NCBI GenBank assembly: GCA_017608705.1
Contig: JAFCFJ010000007.1
Span: 1-56,546, forward strand
Length of the DNA: 56,546 nucleotides
Source of the DNA: Candidatus Pacearchaeota archaeon
GTDB taxonomy: Archaea; Nanobdellota; Nanobdellia; Pacearchaeales; GW2011-AR1
Reading direction: 5' to 3'
Shown: positions 20,243 to 29,552 of the stretch, piece by piece
Numbering within the stretch: the stretch's first letter is position 1
Layout: each line of letters opens with the position of its first letter
Program-made: the position numbers and the translations under genes
Notes under the pieces: generated by a model
Database searches by the model: none
What the model was told of the DNA's origin: nothing
Seen by the model: only the letters and a program-made list of their open reading frames with translations

Positions 20243-20263
20243 GCCGTAAGCAGAAAAAATAGA

Positions 20264-20271
20264 TTTATATA
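20264..20271. promoter_or_regulatory. Shared bidirectional TATA box (TTTATATA) between membrane protein gene and endA
   Basis: Exactly 21 nt from each divergent ATG (20242 and 20293). Confidence 0.65.
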
Positions 20272-20292
20272 TTTTTCTTGCCCCCTGTTTTC

Positions 20293-20844
20293 ATGCCAAA
20301 GAAAACAAAGAAGAAAAATAAGGCAGGCAAGAAAATCAAAGCTTACCTCATTGGCAATGTTGTTATAAGTAATACGCAAGAAGCAATCACGCTTTACGAA
20401 AAAAGCAGATTCGGTGAGTTGCGGGAAGGCAAAATATATTATGCTGCTGTCGAAGCACTTTACCTCGTGGAAACAGGAAAGATGCAGGTTTCCGAAGGAA
20501 GGAAAAAACTAAACTTTGAAAAACTCCTTGCTGTTCTTGCTGAGAATGATAAAAGGCTAAGAACAAAGTATGTTGTATTCAAGGACTTAAGGCAACGTGG
20601 CTACATTGTCAAGACGGCATTGAAATTTGGTGCAGACTTTCGTGTTTATGAGCGGGGCAAAAAACCAGGACAAGAACACGCCAGATGGATCCTCTACGCT
20701 GTTCATGAGAGCGAAGAATTTTCATGGCACGAGTTTGCAGCCAAAAGCAGGGTTGCACATAGCACAAAAAAATCTCTGTTGCTTGGCATAGTGGATGAGG
20801 AAAACGACGTAACATACTATGAGGTTAACTGGCTAAAGCCATAA
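20293..20844 (+). CDS. endA: tRNA-splicing endonuclease
   Basis: EALYL, VFKDLRQRGY, LKFGADFRVY..G..P..EHA, RVAHSTKK; single-unit size. Confidence 0.94.
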   Translation: MPKKTKKKNKAGKKIKAYLIGNVVISNTQEAITLYEKSRFGELREGKIYYAAVEALYLVETGKMQVSEGRKKLNFEKLLAVLAENDKRLRTKYVVFKDLRQRGYIVKTALKFGADFRVYERGKKPGQEHARWILYAVHESEEFSWHEFAAKSRVAHSTKKSLLLGIVDEENDVTYYEVNWLKP

Positions 20845-20884
20845 AGAGGGGAAAATATTTATATCCCCCCATCATGCAAAAGCT

Positions 20885-21778
20885 ATGCAAAATTCTACAC
20901 AAGAGGTGAAAGGAAAGATTATCGAGATAATAAGGCGTAAAGGACCGAGCTTGCCTGTTGAGATAGCTCGTGAGACAGGTCTAAGCCCTTTATTTGCTTC
21001 TGCTTTTCTCTCAGAACTTGTGAAGAGCGGGACGCTGAAGCTAAGCCATCTCAAGGTAGGGGGCTCGCCTCTCTATTTCTTGCCAGGACAAGAAAAGCAA
21101 CTTGAAAATTTTATCAACCATCTTCATGAGCGTGAGCGCGAGGCTCTTCTCCTGCTTAAATCGAAGCTTGTACTAAAAGATAAGGAATTGTTGCCAGCTA
21201 TACGCGTAGCTTTGCGCAACCTCAAGGATTTTGCATTTCCGATAGCATACAAGCAGGAACTCTACTGGAAATATCTTGGTGTAAGCAACGAGCAAGTATT
21301 GGAAATAATAACAAAGCAAGAAAAAACTGGTGAAAAATCAGAAAGCAAGAAAGAAGTGGAAAGGACAGTGGATAAAAAGGCCGAAAAAAAGGAGGAAGGC
21401 AAAGAAAAGAGAAGTGAAGAAAAAGCAGAGGAAAAGGCAAAAAAAGCCGGGAAAGAAATAAACCAGGTTGGAGAATTTCTGCAAGCGGTTTTGTCATACC
21501 TTGAGAAACACGATATAAGGCTAGTTAAGGAAATAGAGAGAAAGAAAAAGCAGTTCGCAGCTATAGTAGCAACAGATTCGCGTGTTGGCGAAATAAGATT
21601 CTATATGCTTGCAAAGGATAAAAAACGGATAAGCGAAAACGATCTAGCCTTGCTTTTGCAAAAAGCGCAAGCCGAGAGAATGCCTGCTCTATTCTTGCAT
21701 AGAGGCGAACTGAACAAGAAAGCTAGGAGTTATGCTGAGAAATGGCAGGCATTGTTACGAATAATGAAAATTGAGTAG
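20885..21778 (+). CDS. Conserved hypothetical protein with N-terminal wHTH
   Basis: KGPSLPVEIARETGLSPLFASAFLSEL, LKVGGSPLY; charged linker. Confidence 0.75.
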   Translation: MQNSTQEVKGKIIEIIRRKGPSLPVEIARETGLSPLFASAFLSELVKSGTLKLSHLKVGGSPLYFLPGQEKQLENFINHLHEREREALLLLKSKLVLKDKELLPAIRVALRNLKDFAFPIAYKQELYWKYLGVSNEQVLEIITKQEKTGEKSESKKEVERTVDKKAEKKEEGKEKRSEEKAEEKAKKAGKEINQVGEFLQAVLSYLEKHDIRLVKEIERKKKQFAAIVATDSRVGEIRFYMLAKDKKRISENDLALLLQKAQAERMPALFLHRGELNKKARSYAEKWQALLRIMKIE

Positions 21779-21842
21779 AGTATGAGCTCTAAATTTTTAA
21801 ATATCAAAATCGTATGATATAAAATAAAAAAGGAGGTGAAAA

Positions 21843-22163
21843 ATGATAGTGTTGAAACGAATTGGTGTGCTGAGCTTTGCGTTGACATGGGCCATAGTCT
21901 TAGCACTGTTCGGAGTGATAATAGGAATAATTTCGTTTATATTCGGAACAAGTGCTTTCTCTGCTATGGGAGGGATGTGGATGCACACAGGAAACAACAT
22001 GATGACTGGTAGTGTTCTGGGAGCGTTCATGATAGTAATCATGCCAATATTGTTATTCATAGAGGGTTTTATAATAGGCGCAATAACTGGTTGGCTCTAC
22101 AACCTCGTGGCCAAGTGGACTGGCGGTATAAAACTTGAATTTGCCGAAATAGCAAAAAAATAA
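21843..22163 (+). CDS. DUF3566-like membrane protein
   Basis: LKRIGVLS...LYNLVAKWTGGIKLE pattern; GGAGGTGA SD upstream. Confidence 0.7.
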   Translation: MIVLKRIGVLSFALTWAIVLALFGVIIGIISFIFGTSAFSAMGGMWMHTGNNMMTGSVLGAFMIVIMPILLFIEGFIIGAITGWLYNLVAKWTGGIKLEFAEIAKK

Positions 22164-22229
22164 TTTAAAACAAAACGGTTGCAAAGAAAGATTTAAATAG
22201 CCTTGCTTTTTCGCCACTATTATACTAGC

Positions 22230-22421
22230 ATGGGGAGGATAAAAACAGTATTAGTAAAGAGAACAGCAAAAGAATTACTAGCAAAACAACCAGATTTATT
22301 TAGCGACAGCTTTGAAACCAACAAAAAGCTCTTAACAGGCGTCATACCGAGTAAGAAAATAAGAAACCAAGTAGCGGGCTATATCACAAGACTGAAGAAG
22401 AAAGAAAAGCAGAAATCATGA
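22230..22421 (+). CDS. rps17e: 30S ribosomal protein S17e
   Basis: MGRIKT..VKR, F..NK, SKKIRNQVAGYITR. Confidence 0.95.
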   Translation: MGRIKTVLVKRTAKELLAKQPDLFSDSFETNKKLLTGVIPSKKIRNQVAGYITRLKKKEKQKS

Positions 22422-22463
22422 TGAGCGTTTGCTCATAAAAATAACAAAAACAAGGAGGTCAAA

Positions 22464-22754
22464 ATGGCTGAAGAAAAACAAGACGAAAACGTTGTGTTTG
22501 TTGGCGGGAAGCCATTCATGAACTACGTAACTGCTGTAGTGATGCAGTTCACAAAAGGAGCGAGTGAAGTAGTGGTTAAGGCAAGAGGTAAGTTTATAAG
22601 CAGAGCAGTGGATGTGGCCGAAGTTGCCACAAAGAGATTCCTTAATGACCAGGGCGTAACAGTAAAAGACATAAAGATCGACAGTGAAGAATTTGAGAAC
22701 AAGGAAGGTAAGAAAGTCAACGTTAGCACAATAGAGATAACCCTTGGCAAATAA
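22464..22754 (+). CDS. albA: DNA/RNA-binding protein Alba
   Basis: [35 protein letters not shown]. Confidence 0.96.
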   Translation: MAEEKQDENVVFVGGKPFMNYVTAVVMQFTKGASEVVVKARGKFISRAVDVAEVATKRFLNDQGVTVKDIKIDSEEFENKEGKKVNVSTIEITLGK

Positions 22755-22769
22755 ACACAGAGAAAAAAA

Positions 22770-22812
22770 TTTGTTGATTTTGTTTTTTCTTTTTCTTTAT
22801 TTTTTCTTTTCT
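22770..22812 (+). terminator. Oligo-T tract terminator after alba
   Basis: Long T-rich run downstream of stop codon. Confidence 0.5.
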
Positions 22813-22848
22813 GAAAAAATTTAAAAATATGTGGCGTGGAGCTAAAAC

Positions 22849-23529
22849 ATGGTTTGCATACGTGTCTGCTTAATCGGAGCTGGCGATGTAGAATTGCATT
22901 ATCAAAAATTTCTCAACATTACTGAAAAAGACTTCAGACGTGAGATAGAGCAGATTGCAAAGGTATTGGCTGAAAGTAAGGCAGAGATTGTGTTTCTTCC
23001 AGACCGTGGTGTTTCATTTGAGATAGCGAAGCTTTACAAAAGCCAGGGCGGGGAAAAGGTTATAGCTACGGTTCCGCTCAGCGATCGTGATTTCGGTATT
23101 GAGCATCTAAAGCCATATATGGAAACAAAGATCAATGGCAAAGAGCTCATAGACCAAACAATCAACACAGAAAATTGGTACAAGCAGGATTTGTTGCATT
23201 GTATCTTTGCCGATGCAGTATTGTTGCTTGGCAAATCCCTCGGTTCGCTTGGCGAACTCTGTTATGGTTTCTACCTATACAAGTTATTTGCAGGCAAGAA
23301 ACCAGGAGTTGATGCTGCAAGAGAGAGCATCCATAAAGAGGCAAGAGCCGGTAAATATATGCCGTTCACTCTCCTTGTCTATAAACCTTTTGTCAAAAAC
23401 AGGCTGGATGAGGAAATAGAGAAATATATAGAATATGTTGGCGGAAAAATCGCATACGTAAGTAATGCGAGTGAGCTGAAAAGCAAGCTTGAAGAATTCT
23501 CAGCCATGATAGAAAAATCTGCTGAATAA
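22849..23529 (+). CDS. Hypothetical protein, possible SLOG/LOG-like fold
   Basis: VCLIGAG N-terminus; ADAVLLLGKSLGSLGEL resembles the LOG-family GG.GT..E motif. Confidence 0.55.
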   Translation: MVCIRVCLIGAGDVELHYQKFLNITEKDFRREIEQIAKVLAESKAEIVFLPDRGVSFEIAKLYKSQGGEKVIATVPLSDRDFGIEHLKPYMETKINGKELIDQTINTENWYKQDLLHCIFADAVLLLGKSLGSLGELCYGFYLYKLFAGKKPGVDAARESIHKEARAGKYMPFTLLVYKPFVKNRLDEEIEKYIEYVGGKIAYVSNASELKSKLEEFSAMIEKSAE

Positions 23530-23584
23530 ACTCCAGCTAAGCATGCAATAAAACTTTTAAAACAAGCTCGCTGTTTTCAAGTAT

Positions 23585-23657
23585 GCCTCTGTAGCTCAGG
23601 GGTTAGAGCGCCGGTCTCATAAGCCGGAGGTCGTGGGTTCGAATCCCACCAGAGGCA
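23585..23657 (+). tRNA. tRNA-Met(CAU), probably elongator
   Basis: Acceptor GCCTCTG/CAGAGGC, anticodon loop CTCATAA, TTCGAAT T-loop. Confidence 0.93.
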
Positions 23658-23666
23658 TTTTCGTTT

Positions 23667-24410
23667 TCAGTATCCCAACTCAAAAATAGAACCGGTACAA
23701 TTCATCTCGCCCACTTTCCTCAGTGCATCTTGGAACAGTCTCCCTTTTTCTACCTCGAGAAAGATGCTATTAAGTGTTATAGTGTCCAAAACACAGGTGC
23801 CATCTCTCTGCTCGCTCGCTGCTTTTTCTAGCCCCTCGATTATTTTTGCTATTTCCTCTTCAGTTTTTCCTCCTTTCTTCAAATACTCAATTTGCTCATC
23901 CGTGAAACTCAATGATACATTAGTGAGTTGTGCAGAAAGCCTGCATAGCTTCCCTTGTCTATCTAGTGAAAAAACTATCCTTACGAAACGTGAAATCCCA
24001 GTCTTGGTAAAATTTTCTCCCAGCACAAATTCGGCTGGCCTGCAATTCTTTGTTGCTTTTACAAAACAATGAACATCCGTCTTGCAGTCAACCCTTTTTA
24101 TATTGGTAAACCAATAAACAAAAGCAAAGAGGATAAGAACAAAAATAAAGATCACCAAAACAAAGCGGTAGACTATTTTTCTTTGCCTTCTTCCCTTTTC
24201 TTCTTTCTTGCTTTCTTCTCCTTTTATTTTCTCCTCCTTAACTTCCTCTACATCATTCGCTTTTTGCTCCTCGCCTAAAATCGCAAGCTCCAACGCTTCA
24301 TTTATTTCGGAATCAGATAAGCCTTGCTTGAGAAGATATTTTGTTATTTCATCAATTGACTTGGACGGCATAGAATTCTTTATGTATTCAACAACCCATT
24401 TCTCAACCAT
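23667..24410 (-). CDS. Hypothetical single-pass membrane protein with Cys-containing outer domain
   Basis: TM at about aa 80-101; DC..D..CF..A...C motif. Confidence 0.7.
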   Translation of the reverse strand: MVEKWVVEYIKNSMPSKSIDEITKYLLKQGLSDSEINEALELAILGEEQKANDVEEVKEEKIKGEESKKEEKGRRQRKIVYRFVLVIFIFVLILFAFVYWFTNIKRVDCKTDVHCFVKATKNCRPAEFVLGENFTKTGISRFVRIVFSLDRQGKLCRLSAQLTNVSLSFTDEQIEYLKKGGKTEEEIAKIIEGLEKAASEQRDGTCVLDTITLNSIFLEVEKGRLFQDALRKVGEMNCTGSIFELGY

Positions 24411-24831
24411 CTTTATTCAGTACATTCCTCAGCTTCTCTGCCACTTCCTCAGCCTTACCTTCTTCATATGGCTTGCCTTTCCAGTGTTCCAGGCCATCAT
24501 TTGCGTAACGCGGAATAACATGGATATGAGCATGCATAATTAGCTGACCAGCAGCAGACATATTGTTCATCAAGAGATTAAAACCTTCTGCATTCAAGGC
24601 CTTGAGTTGAGCATAGCCTATTTTCTTCATCACAGCCATGAGCTCGCTTGCAAGGCTTTCTGGCATATCCAACAGATTGGAGAAGTGTTGCTTCGGCAAT
24701 ACAAGAGCATGGCCTGGATTAACAGGATTTATGTCGAGAAATGCTATTATGCTTTCGCTCTCGTAAATAATGCTTGCAGGAACTTCATGTCTTGCGATTT
24801 TGCAAAATATACAATCCTCTTTTTTTGCCAT
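24403..24831 (-). CDS. hit: HIT family hydrolase
   Basis: DCIFCKI, AFLDINP..PGH, HAHIHVIPR. Confidence 0.95.
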   Translation of the reverse strand: MAKKEDCIFCKIARHEVPASIIYESESIIAFLDINPVNPGHALVLPKQHFSNLLDMPESLASELMAVMKKIGYAQLKALNAEGFNLLMNNMSAAGQLIMHAHIHVIPRYANDGLEHWKGKPYEEGKAEEVAEKLRNVLNKDG

Positions 24832-24882
24832 AACCTAATTTAATAGAGGGAATATAAAAATTTATCCCAAGAAAATGATGAG

Positions 24883-24953
24883 TGGACCCGCCGCGAGTCG
24901 AACGCGGATCTCACCCCAGCCAAGGGTGCGTCATGCCATTAGACCACGGGCCC
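24883..24953 (-). tRNA. tRNA-Ala(GGC)
   Basis: GGGCCCG/CGGGTCC acceptor with G3:U70; anticodon stem CACCC/GGGTG, loop TTGGCTG. Confidence 0.92.
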
Positions 24954-25008
24954 ACATCAAAGCTGTAAGTCAAGAATTTTAAAAAGCTTTTGATAATCGT
25001 TGTGCAGT

Positions 25009-25812
25009 TTATGACATAAGCCTCTCATATTCTTCAGGCGCATCATCGAGAAATTTCTTCATGCCTTCTGCTGTTTTATGGTGGATAAGCATCTCACGAA
25101 TTACACTGAGGGGTAGTGTAGCTATATGAGCGCCGACCAAGGCAGCCTCTCTGGCCTGTCTTGCATTACGCATGCTGGCAGCTATAACCTCTGTTTCAAA
25201 GCCATAATTCTGCAGAACCTTAACACACTTTGCCACAAGGTCTATACCGCTTACTATGCCGTTATCATCTATGAGAGTTCCGTCCTTTTCCATGCCATGC
25301 TGGGGAAAATAATCATGTTTCTCAAAACTCATTCCAAGCTTGCTCCTTATATAATCATCAACACGGCCGGCAAACGGACTTACATATTTTGCCCCGGCCT
25401 TTGCTGCGAGCAACGCCTGTTCTGGCGTGAATATGAGGGTGCAATTCACTGGCACACCAATCTCTGTCAGTTCTTTTATTGCTTTCAGCCCATCATAGCA
25501 TGCTTTTGATTCTGTAGAAGGATTGATAGGAATTTTTATCACAACATTATTGGCTATGCTGTTGAAGCTATCAAATAATCTTTCTGCCTGTTTAACCATG
25601 CCTTCGTGGTCTGTAGCTGTAATCTCTAAGCTTACAGGCAAACCATTCGCTATACGTAGGAGTTTCTCAACATAGGCCTCCATATCCTGGATCTTATGCT
25701 TCTCCACCGCTTTCTTTATCAACGAAGGATTAGTTGTTACACCATCAAGTATGCCATAGCTTCTTACCTGCTGCACCTCATCTATATCTGCAGAATCTAT
25801 AAAGATTTTCAT
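25009..25812 (-). CDS. tal: Transaldolase (FSA/TalC family)
   Basis: MKIFIDSAD, GVTTNPSL, VSLE, VIKIP, NCTLIF, YVSPFAGRVDD, AASMR; true ATG at 25812. Confidence 0.92.
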   Translation of the reverse strand: MKIFIDSADIDEVQQVRSYGILDGVTTNPSLIKKAVEKHKIQDMEAYVEKLLRIANGLPVSLEITATDHEGMVKQAERLFDSFNSIANNVVIKIPINPSTESKACYDGLKAIKELTEIGVPVNCTLIFTPEQALLAAKAGAKYVSPFAGRVDDYIRSKLGMSFEKHDYFPQHGMEKDGTLIDDNGIVSGIDLVAKCVKVLQNYGFETEVIAASMRNARQAREAALVGAHIATLPLSVIREMLIHHKTAEGMKKFLDDAPEEYERLMS

Positions 25813-25813
25813 T

Positions 25814-27290
25814 TTAGCATAGCTCCTGAAACTTCTTTCCTTCTCGCACAAGCTGATGCATAACATCCGCAAGCCTATCAATCTAGACTTTCACCATCTA
25901 TTGTTATGCAGTAAGGTGTTCCTATCTCATCATTTCTCGCGTAACGTCTGCCAATGCTACCAGCATCATCATACACACATGTAAATCTTTCTTTCAGCTG
26001 CATATAAACCTCCCGTGCCAACTCAGGTATGCCTTCTTTATTAACAAGAGGCAAAACCGCAAGGTCGAGAGGTGCGACACGTGGCGGAAATCTGAACACA
26101 GCGGTATCGCTTTGTTCCTTGCTCTTATCATAGAAAATATCGAGCAGCGCCCAAATATTCCTGTCTATGCCAAAACTCAGCTCAATTACATGCGGGATGA
26201 AACGTTTTCCTTCGTGGAATATTTCGAGGTTCTTGCCAGAAACCTTTGCGTGGCCTTTCAAATCATGGTCTGTCCTGTAGTGCACGCCAGCAACTTCCTT
26301 GAAACCGCCAAGTGTGTCAAGCAAAAGTTCAACATCAAAGTGAATCTTGTTGTAAAATGCTCTCTCTGCCTCACCCAATTCGCGAAGTCTGAAGCGGTCG
26401 CGAGGTATGGCAACGAGGTCAAGATAAAAACGCTGTACTGCAACAAGATAGTAAAGGTAAAGTCTCGGTAAACCTTTCTTATTCAAATCCTCACAACTAA
26501 GCTCTGTCACATCATTGCTTCCAGCGAACTTTACCCTCAGCTTGTAGCCCTTAATTTCTCGCCATGCCTCCTCGCTTATGCTGTCAAGCTTCGATGGATC
26601 AAAGAAAATCTGTAATTCAGCTTGCGTAAATTCTCGAAGTCTGAAAAAAAGCTGTCTCGGCGAGATTTCATTGCGGAACGCCTTACCGATTATGGCAAGA
26701 CCGAGCGGAAGTTTCTTGCGTGTTGCCTCAAACTCTTGCTTGAAAGCAAGATATGCTTGCTGTGCTGTTTCAGGCGAAAGATAAGCTATCTCGCCGTTGA
26801 AACCAAGTTGCGTGCAGAACATCATGTTGAACCATTTCGCCTCTGAAAGTTCGCCACCACACTTCGGACATTTTAGCTCTTGCTCTTTGATTATCTTATT
26901 GATTTCATCAAGCTCAAAGCTCTCCATGTTGAAACCGCTATCCTCTATAAGCTGATCCGCACGAAACCTGAAGTGGCATTTTTTGCATTCAACAAGAGGA
27001 TCATTGAAATTTTCTATATGGCCTGAAGCCCTGAAAACAGGCTCTGGCAATATACAATTACTCTCGATTTCCCAGAAATTGTCATGCAAGGAAAGAAAAT
27101 AAGAGCGCCATAGGTTCTCGAATTTTCGTTTCATCAGCGTGCCTATATGCCCGTATGTGTAAAAACCTGCGCGACCGCCGTAAATCTCAGCTGTCTGGAA
27201 GAAAAATCCACGACGAGACGCAATAGCTAAGATATCGTTAAGCTTTTGCACCGAGCTTGCTTCTTTATTCTTGGGCTTAGCCTTAGCCAT
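25814..27290 (-). CDS. glyS: Glycine--tRNA ligase (alpha2 type), C-terminus frameshifted by apparent deletion
   Basis: RRGFF, ASGH, PETAQ, FRNEISPRQ..FRLREFTQAE, GSIGRRYARNDEIGTPYCITID; final helix IDRLADVMHQLVREGKKFQELC* in another frame ending at 25814. Confidence 0.93.
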
Positions 27291-27383
27291 AGCTGAAAAA
27301 CTGCTGGAAGCTATATAAGCTTTTCTGAGCTTTCCAAAAAAATTATGCGGAAAATTTTAAAAGCTTCTCGCCGTGCTTAAATT

Positions 27384-27451
27384 GGGCCCGTAGCTCAACA
27401 GGATAGAGCGACAGCCTTCTAAGCTGTAGGTTGCAGGTTCGAGTCCTGCCG
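27384..27451 (+). tRNA. tRNA-Arg(UCU), 3' acceptor strand missing
   Basis: D, anticodon (ACAGC CTTCTAA GCTGT) and T arms intact; only CG of the expected CGGGCCC present. Confidence 0.85.
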
Positions 27452-27510
27452 CAGAAAAATTTATAAATGGTTGTGCATATTATTATCACAAGTGCAAAAA
27501 ATTTGCACAA

Positions 27511-27921
27511 ATGGATATCAACGAGCTGAGGAGAAAAAAGCTTGAAGAGATAAGAAAAAATTTGGAGGTAGGTAAAATGGAAAATAGAGAAAAAGTTGAA
27601 ATAGAAGTGAATGATGAAAATTTCCAGCAAGAGGTTATCGAGAAATCAAAAGAGGTGCCTGTTGTAGTAGATTTTTGGGCTGCTTGGTGCATGCCGTGCA
27701 TGATGCTCGCGCCAGTACTTGAAAAACTAGCCCATGAATATGGCGGAAAGTTTGTGTTGGCAAAGCTGAATGTTGATAATGCACCGGTAACAGCACAGAG
27801 CTATGGCGTTATGAGTATACCAACAGTAAAAATGTTTAAGAATGGCAAAGTTGTTGATGAGTTCATTGGTGCTATGCCCGAAGAAATGGTAAGGACCTGG
27901 CTCGACAAAAACCTAAGCTAA
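27511..27921 (+). CDS. trxA: Thioredoxin
   Basis: VVDFWAAWCMPC, SIPTV; start may be 27577. Confidence 0.95.
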   Translation: MDINELRRKKLEEIRKNLEVGKMENREKVEIEVNDENFQQEVIEKSKEVPVVVDFWAAWCMPCMMLAPVLEKLAHEYGGKFVLAKLNVDNAPVTAQSYGVMSIPTVKMFKNGKVVDEFIGAMPEEMVRTWLDKNLS

Positions 27922-27922
27922 G

Positions 27923-28846
27923 ATGCGCGACCTAATAATACTTGGGAGCGGTCCTGCTGGACTTACAGCAGCTATTTATGCCAGTCGCTACAATATAAAG
28001 CCACTGATCATAGCCCGCGATCTTGGCATAGCCACGGAGTCGCACAGAATAGATAACTATCCTGGAATATATGGTGTAACTGGTCTTGAACTCATACAAA
28101 GATTTCAGGAACATGCAAAAAAACTTGGTGCGGAACTTGTAACAAGTGAGATTTTGTCAATAAAAAAGACAGAGGAGGGATTCAAAATTAAAACATCAGA
28201 GCAGGAGTTTGAGGCAAAAGCTATAATTTATGCGCTCGGCGGAAAAAAGAATAAGCTAGGAATTCCCGGTGAGAAAGAGCTAGTTGGTAAGGGCGTAAGC
28301 TACTGTGCAACATGTGATGCCCCATTCTACAAAGAAAAAAATGTGGCAGTAATAGGCGGTTCTGACTCTGCTTTGCAATCAGCACTACTGCTCGCGAAGT
28401 TTGCAAATAAGGTATATATCGTTTACCGTAGAGCTAAATTTTTCAGACCATTCCCTGCCCTTGTAAATGAAATTGAGAATAATAAAAAGATAGAAACTAT
28501 TTTCAATCATGTACCTATAGAAATCAAAGGCAAGGAAAAAGTAGAGAGCATTATAATTCAGCATGTCGAAAACCAGAAAAAGCAGGAGCTTGCTATCGAT
28601 GGTGTTTTCATAGAGATTGGTCATGAACCAAACACCGAGCTCGTGGCTGATATGCTTGACTTAGATGAAAATAAAAGAATAAAAGTTAATGCTGACATGA
28701 GCACAAGCATGCCTGGTTTGTTTGCTGCTGGCGACTGCACGAATGGCTCAAACATGCTGGACCAAATTGTTACAGCAGCGGCAGAAGGAGCTATTGCTGC
28801 CACCACCACCTATAGGTATCTTACAAGATTGAAAACCAAAAAATGA
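27923..28846 (+). CDS. trxB: Thioredoxin reductase
   Basis: GSGPAG, GVSYCATCD, GGSDSA, FAAGD. Confidence 0.95.
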   Translation: MRDLIILGSGPAGLTAAIYASRYNIKPLIIARDLGIATESHRIDNYPGIYGVTGLELIQRFQEHAKKLGAELVTSEILSIKKTEEGFKIKTSEQEFEAKAIIYALGGKKNKLGIPGEKELVGKGVSYCATCDAPFYKEKNVAVIGGSDSALQSALLLAKFANKVYIVYRRAKFFRPFPALVNEIENNKKIETIFNHVPIEIKGKEKVESIIIQHVENQKKQELAIDGVFIEIGHEPNTELVADMLDLDENKRIKVNADMSTSMPGLFAAGDCTNGSNMLDQIVTAAAEGAIAATTTYRYLTRLKTKK

Positions 28847-29187
28847 TAACTTTCGCGTGTCGTAAAATCAAGATAGAAGAAGTAATTCGTTGTGCATTAG
28901 CCCTAAATAGAACAGAATACCAAGTTCTTATGTTTCTTTTTGATAAAAAAGAGGGTTTCAGGGTAATAGAGATAGCAAAAAATCTTGGTGTTGATAGAAC
29001 AACAGTACAAAAGGCAATAAAAAGTTTGCTGGAAAAGAACTTGGTAAAAAGGAGTCAGAAAAATCTTGTAAGGGGAGGCTACATATTCCTTTATAGCGTG
29101 AAAGATAAAGAAGAAATCAAAAAGCGAATCATAGACATAATTGAGAAATGGCATAATACTGCTGTAGAAAAAATAAAAAATCTCTAA
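28843..29187 (+). CDS. HTH transcriptional regulator (TrmB-like)
   Basis: IAKNLGVDRTTVQKAIKSLLEKNLV.R, GGYIFLY. Confidence 0.85.
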   Translation: MITFACRKIKIEEVIRCALALNRTEYQVLMFLFDKKEGFRVIEIAKNLGVDRTTVQKAIKSLLEKNLVKRSQKNLVRGGYIFLYSVKDKEEIKKRIIDIIEKWHNTAVEKIKNL

Positions 29188-29226
29188 GAAAAAGTTTATT
29201 AACCAAAAAAAGAAAACTAATTCTGT

Positions 29227-29299
29227 GCAGGGGTGGCCCAGCGGCTACGGCGCACGGCTGCAGACCGTGTTTTCCCGGGTTCGAGTCCCGGCCCCTGCT
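29227..29299 (+). tRNA. tRNA-Cys(GCA)
   Basis: GCAGGGG/CCCCTGC acceptor, U73, loop CTGCAGA. Confidence 0.93.
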
Positions 29300-29305
29300 C
29301 TCAAA

Positions 29306-29551
29306 ATGAAAATCGCTATGCTAATATTAGGATTTGCCCTTATAATGATAGGGCTAACCATAATGCTCCTTGCAGTAAAAGAAAAGCAAGAAACAAAGCA
29401 AAAAGTTCAGATAGGTATAGGTGGTTTTATAGGACCTATACCTTTCGGATTTTTTAACTCAAAGCAAGCATTACTCCTATGGATAACAACATTGGTATTA
29501 ATGATTATACTCTTCGCCATTTTATCCATAATGTTCAGGCTCATAGGCTAA
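29306..29551 (+). CDS. DUF131/TIGR00304-like membrane protein
   Basis: GIGGFIGPIPFGF motif; ATG after the tRNA (the longer ORF overlaps tRNA-Cys). Confidence 0.75.
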   Translation: MKIAMLILGFALIMIGLTIMLLAVKEKQETKQKVQIGIGGFIGPIPFGFFNSKQALLLWITTLVLMIILFAILSIMFRLIG

Positions 29552-29552
29552 A

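Noticed and set aside
20293..20844. Intron-containing or permuted tRNAs expected from endA
   Set aside because: All nine tRNAs in the window are intron-less; no BHB motif recognised
25813..25881. N-terminal extension of transaldolase in the ORF track
   Set aside because: Overlaps the displaced GlyRS tail; the family start MKIFID is at 25812
29225..29305. ORFs starting inside tRNA-Cys
   Set aside because: The region is a tRNA; the real CDS starts at 29306
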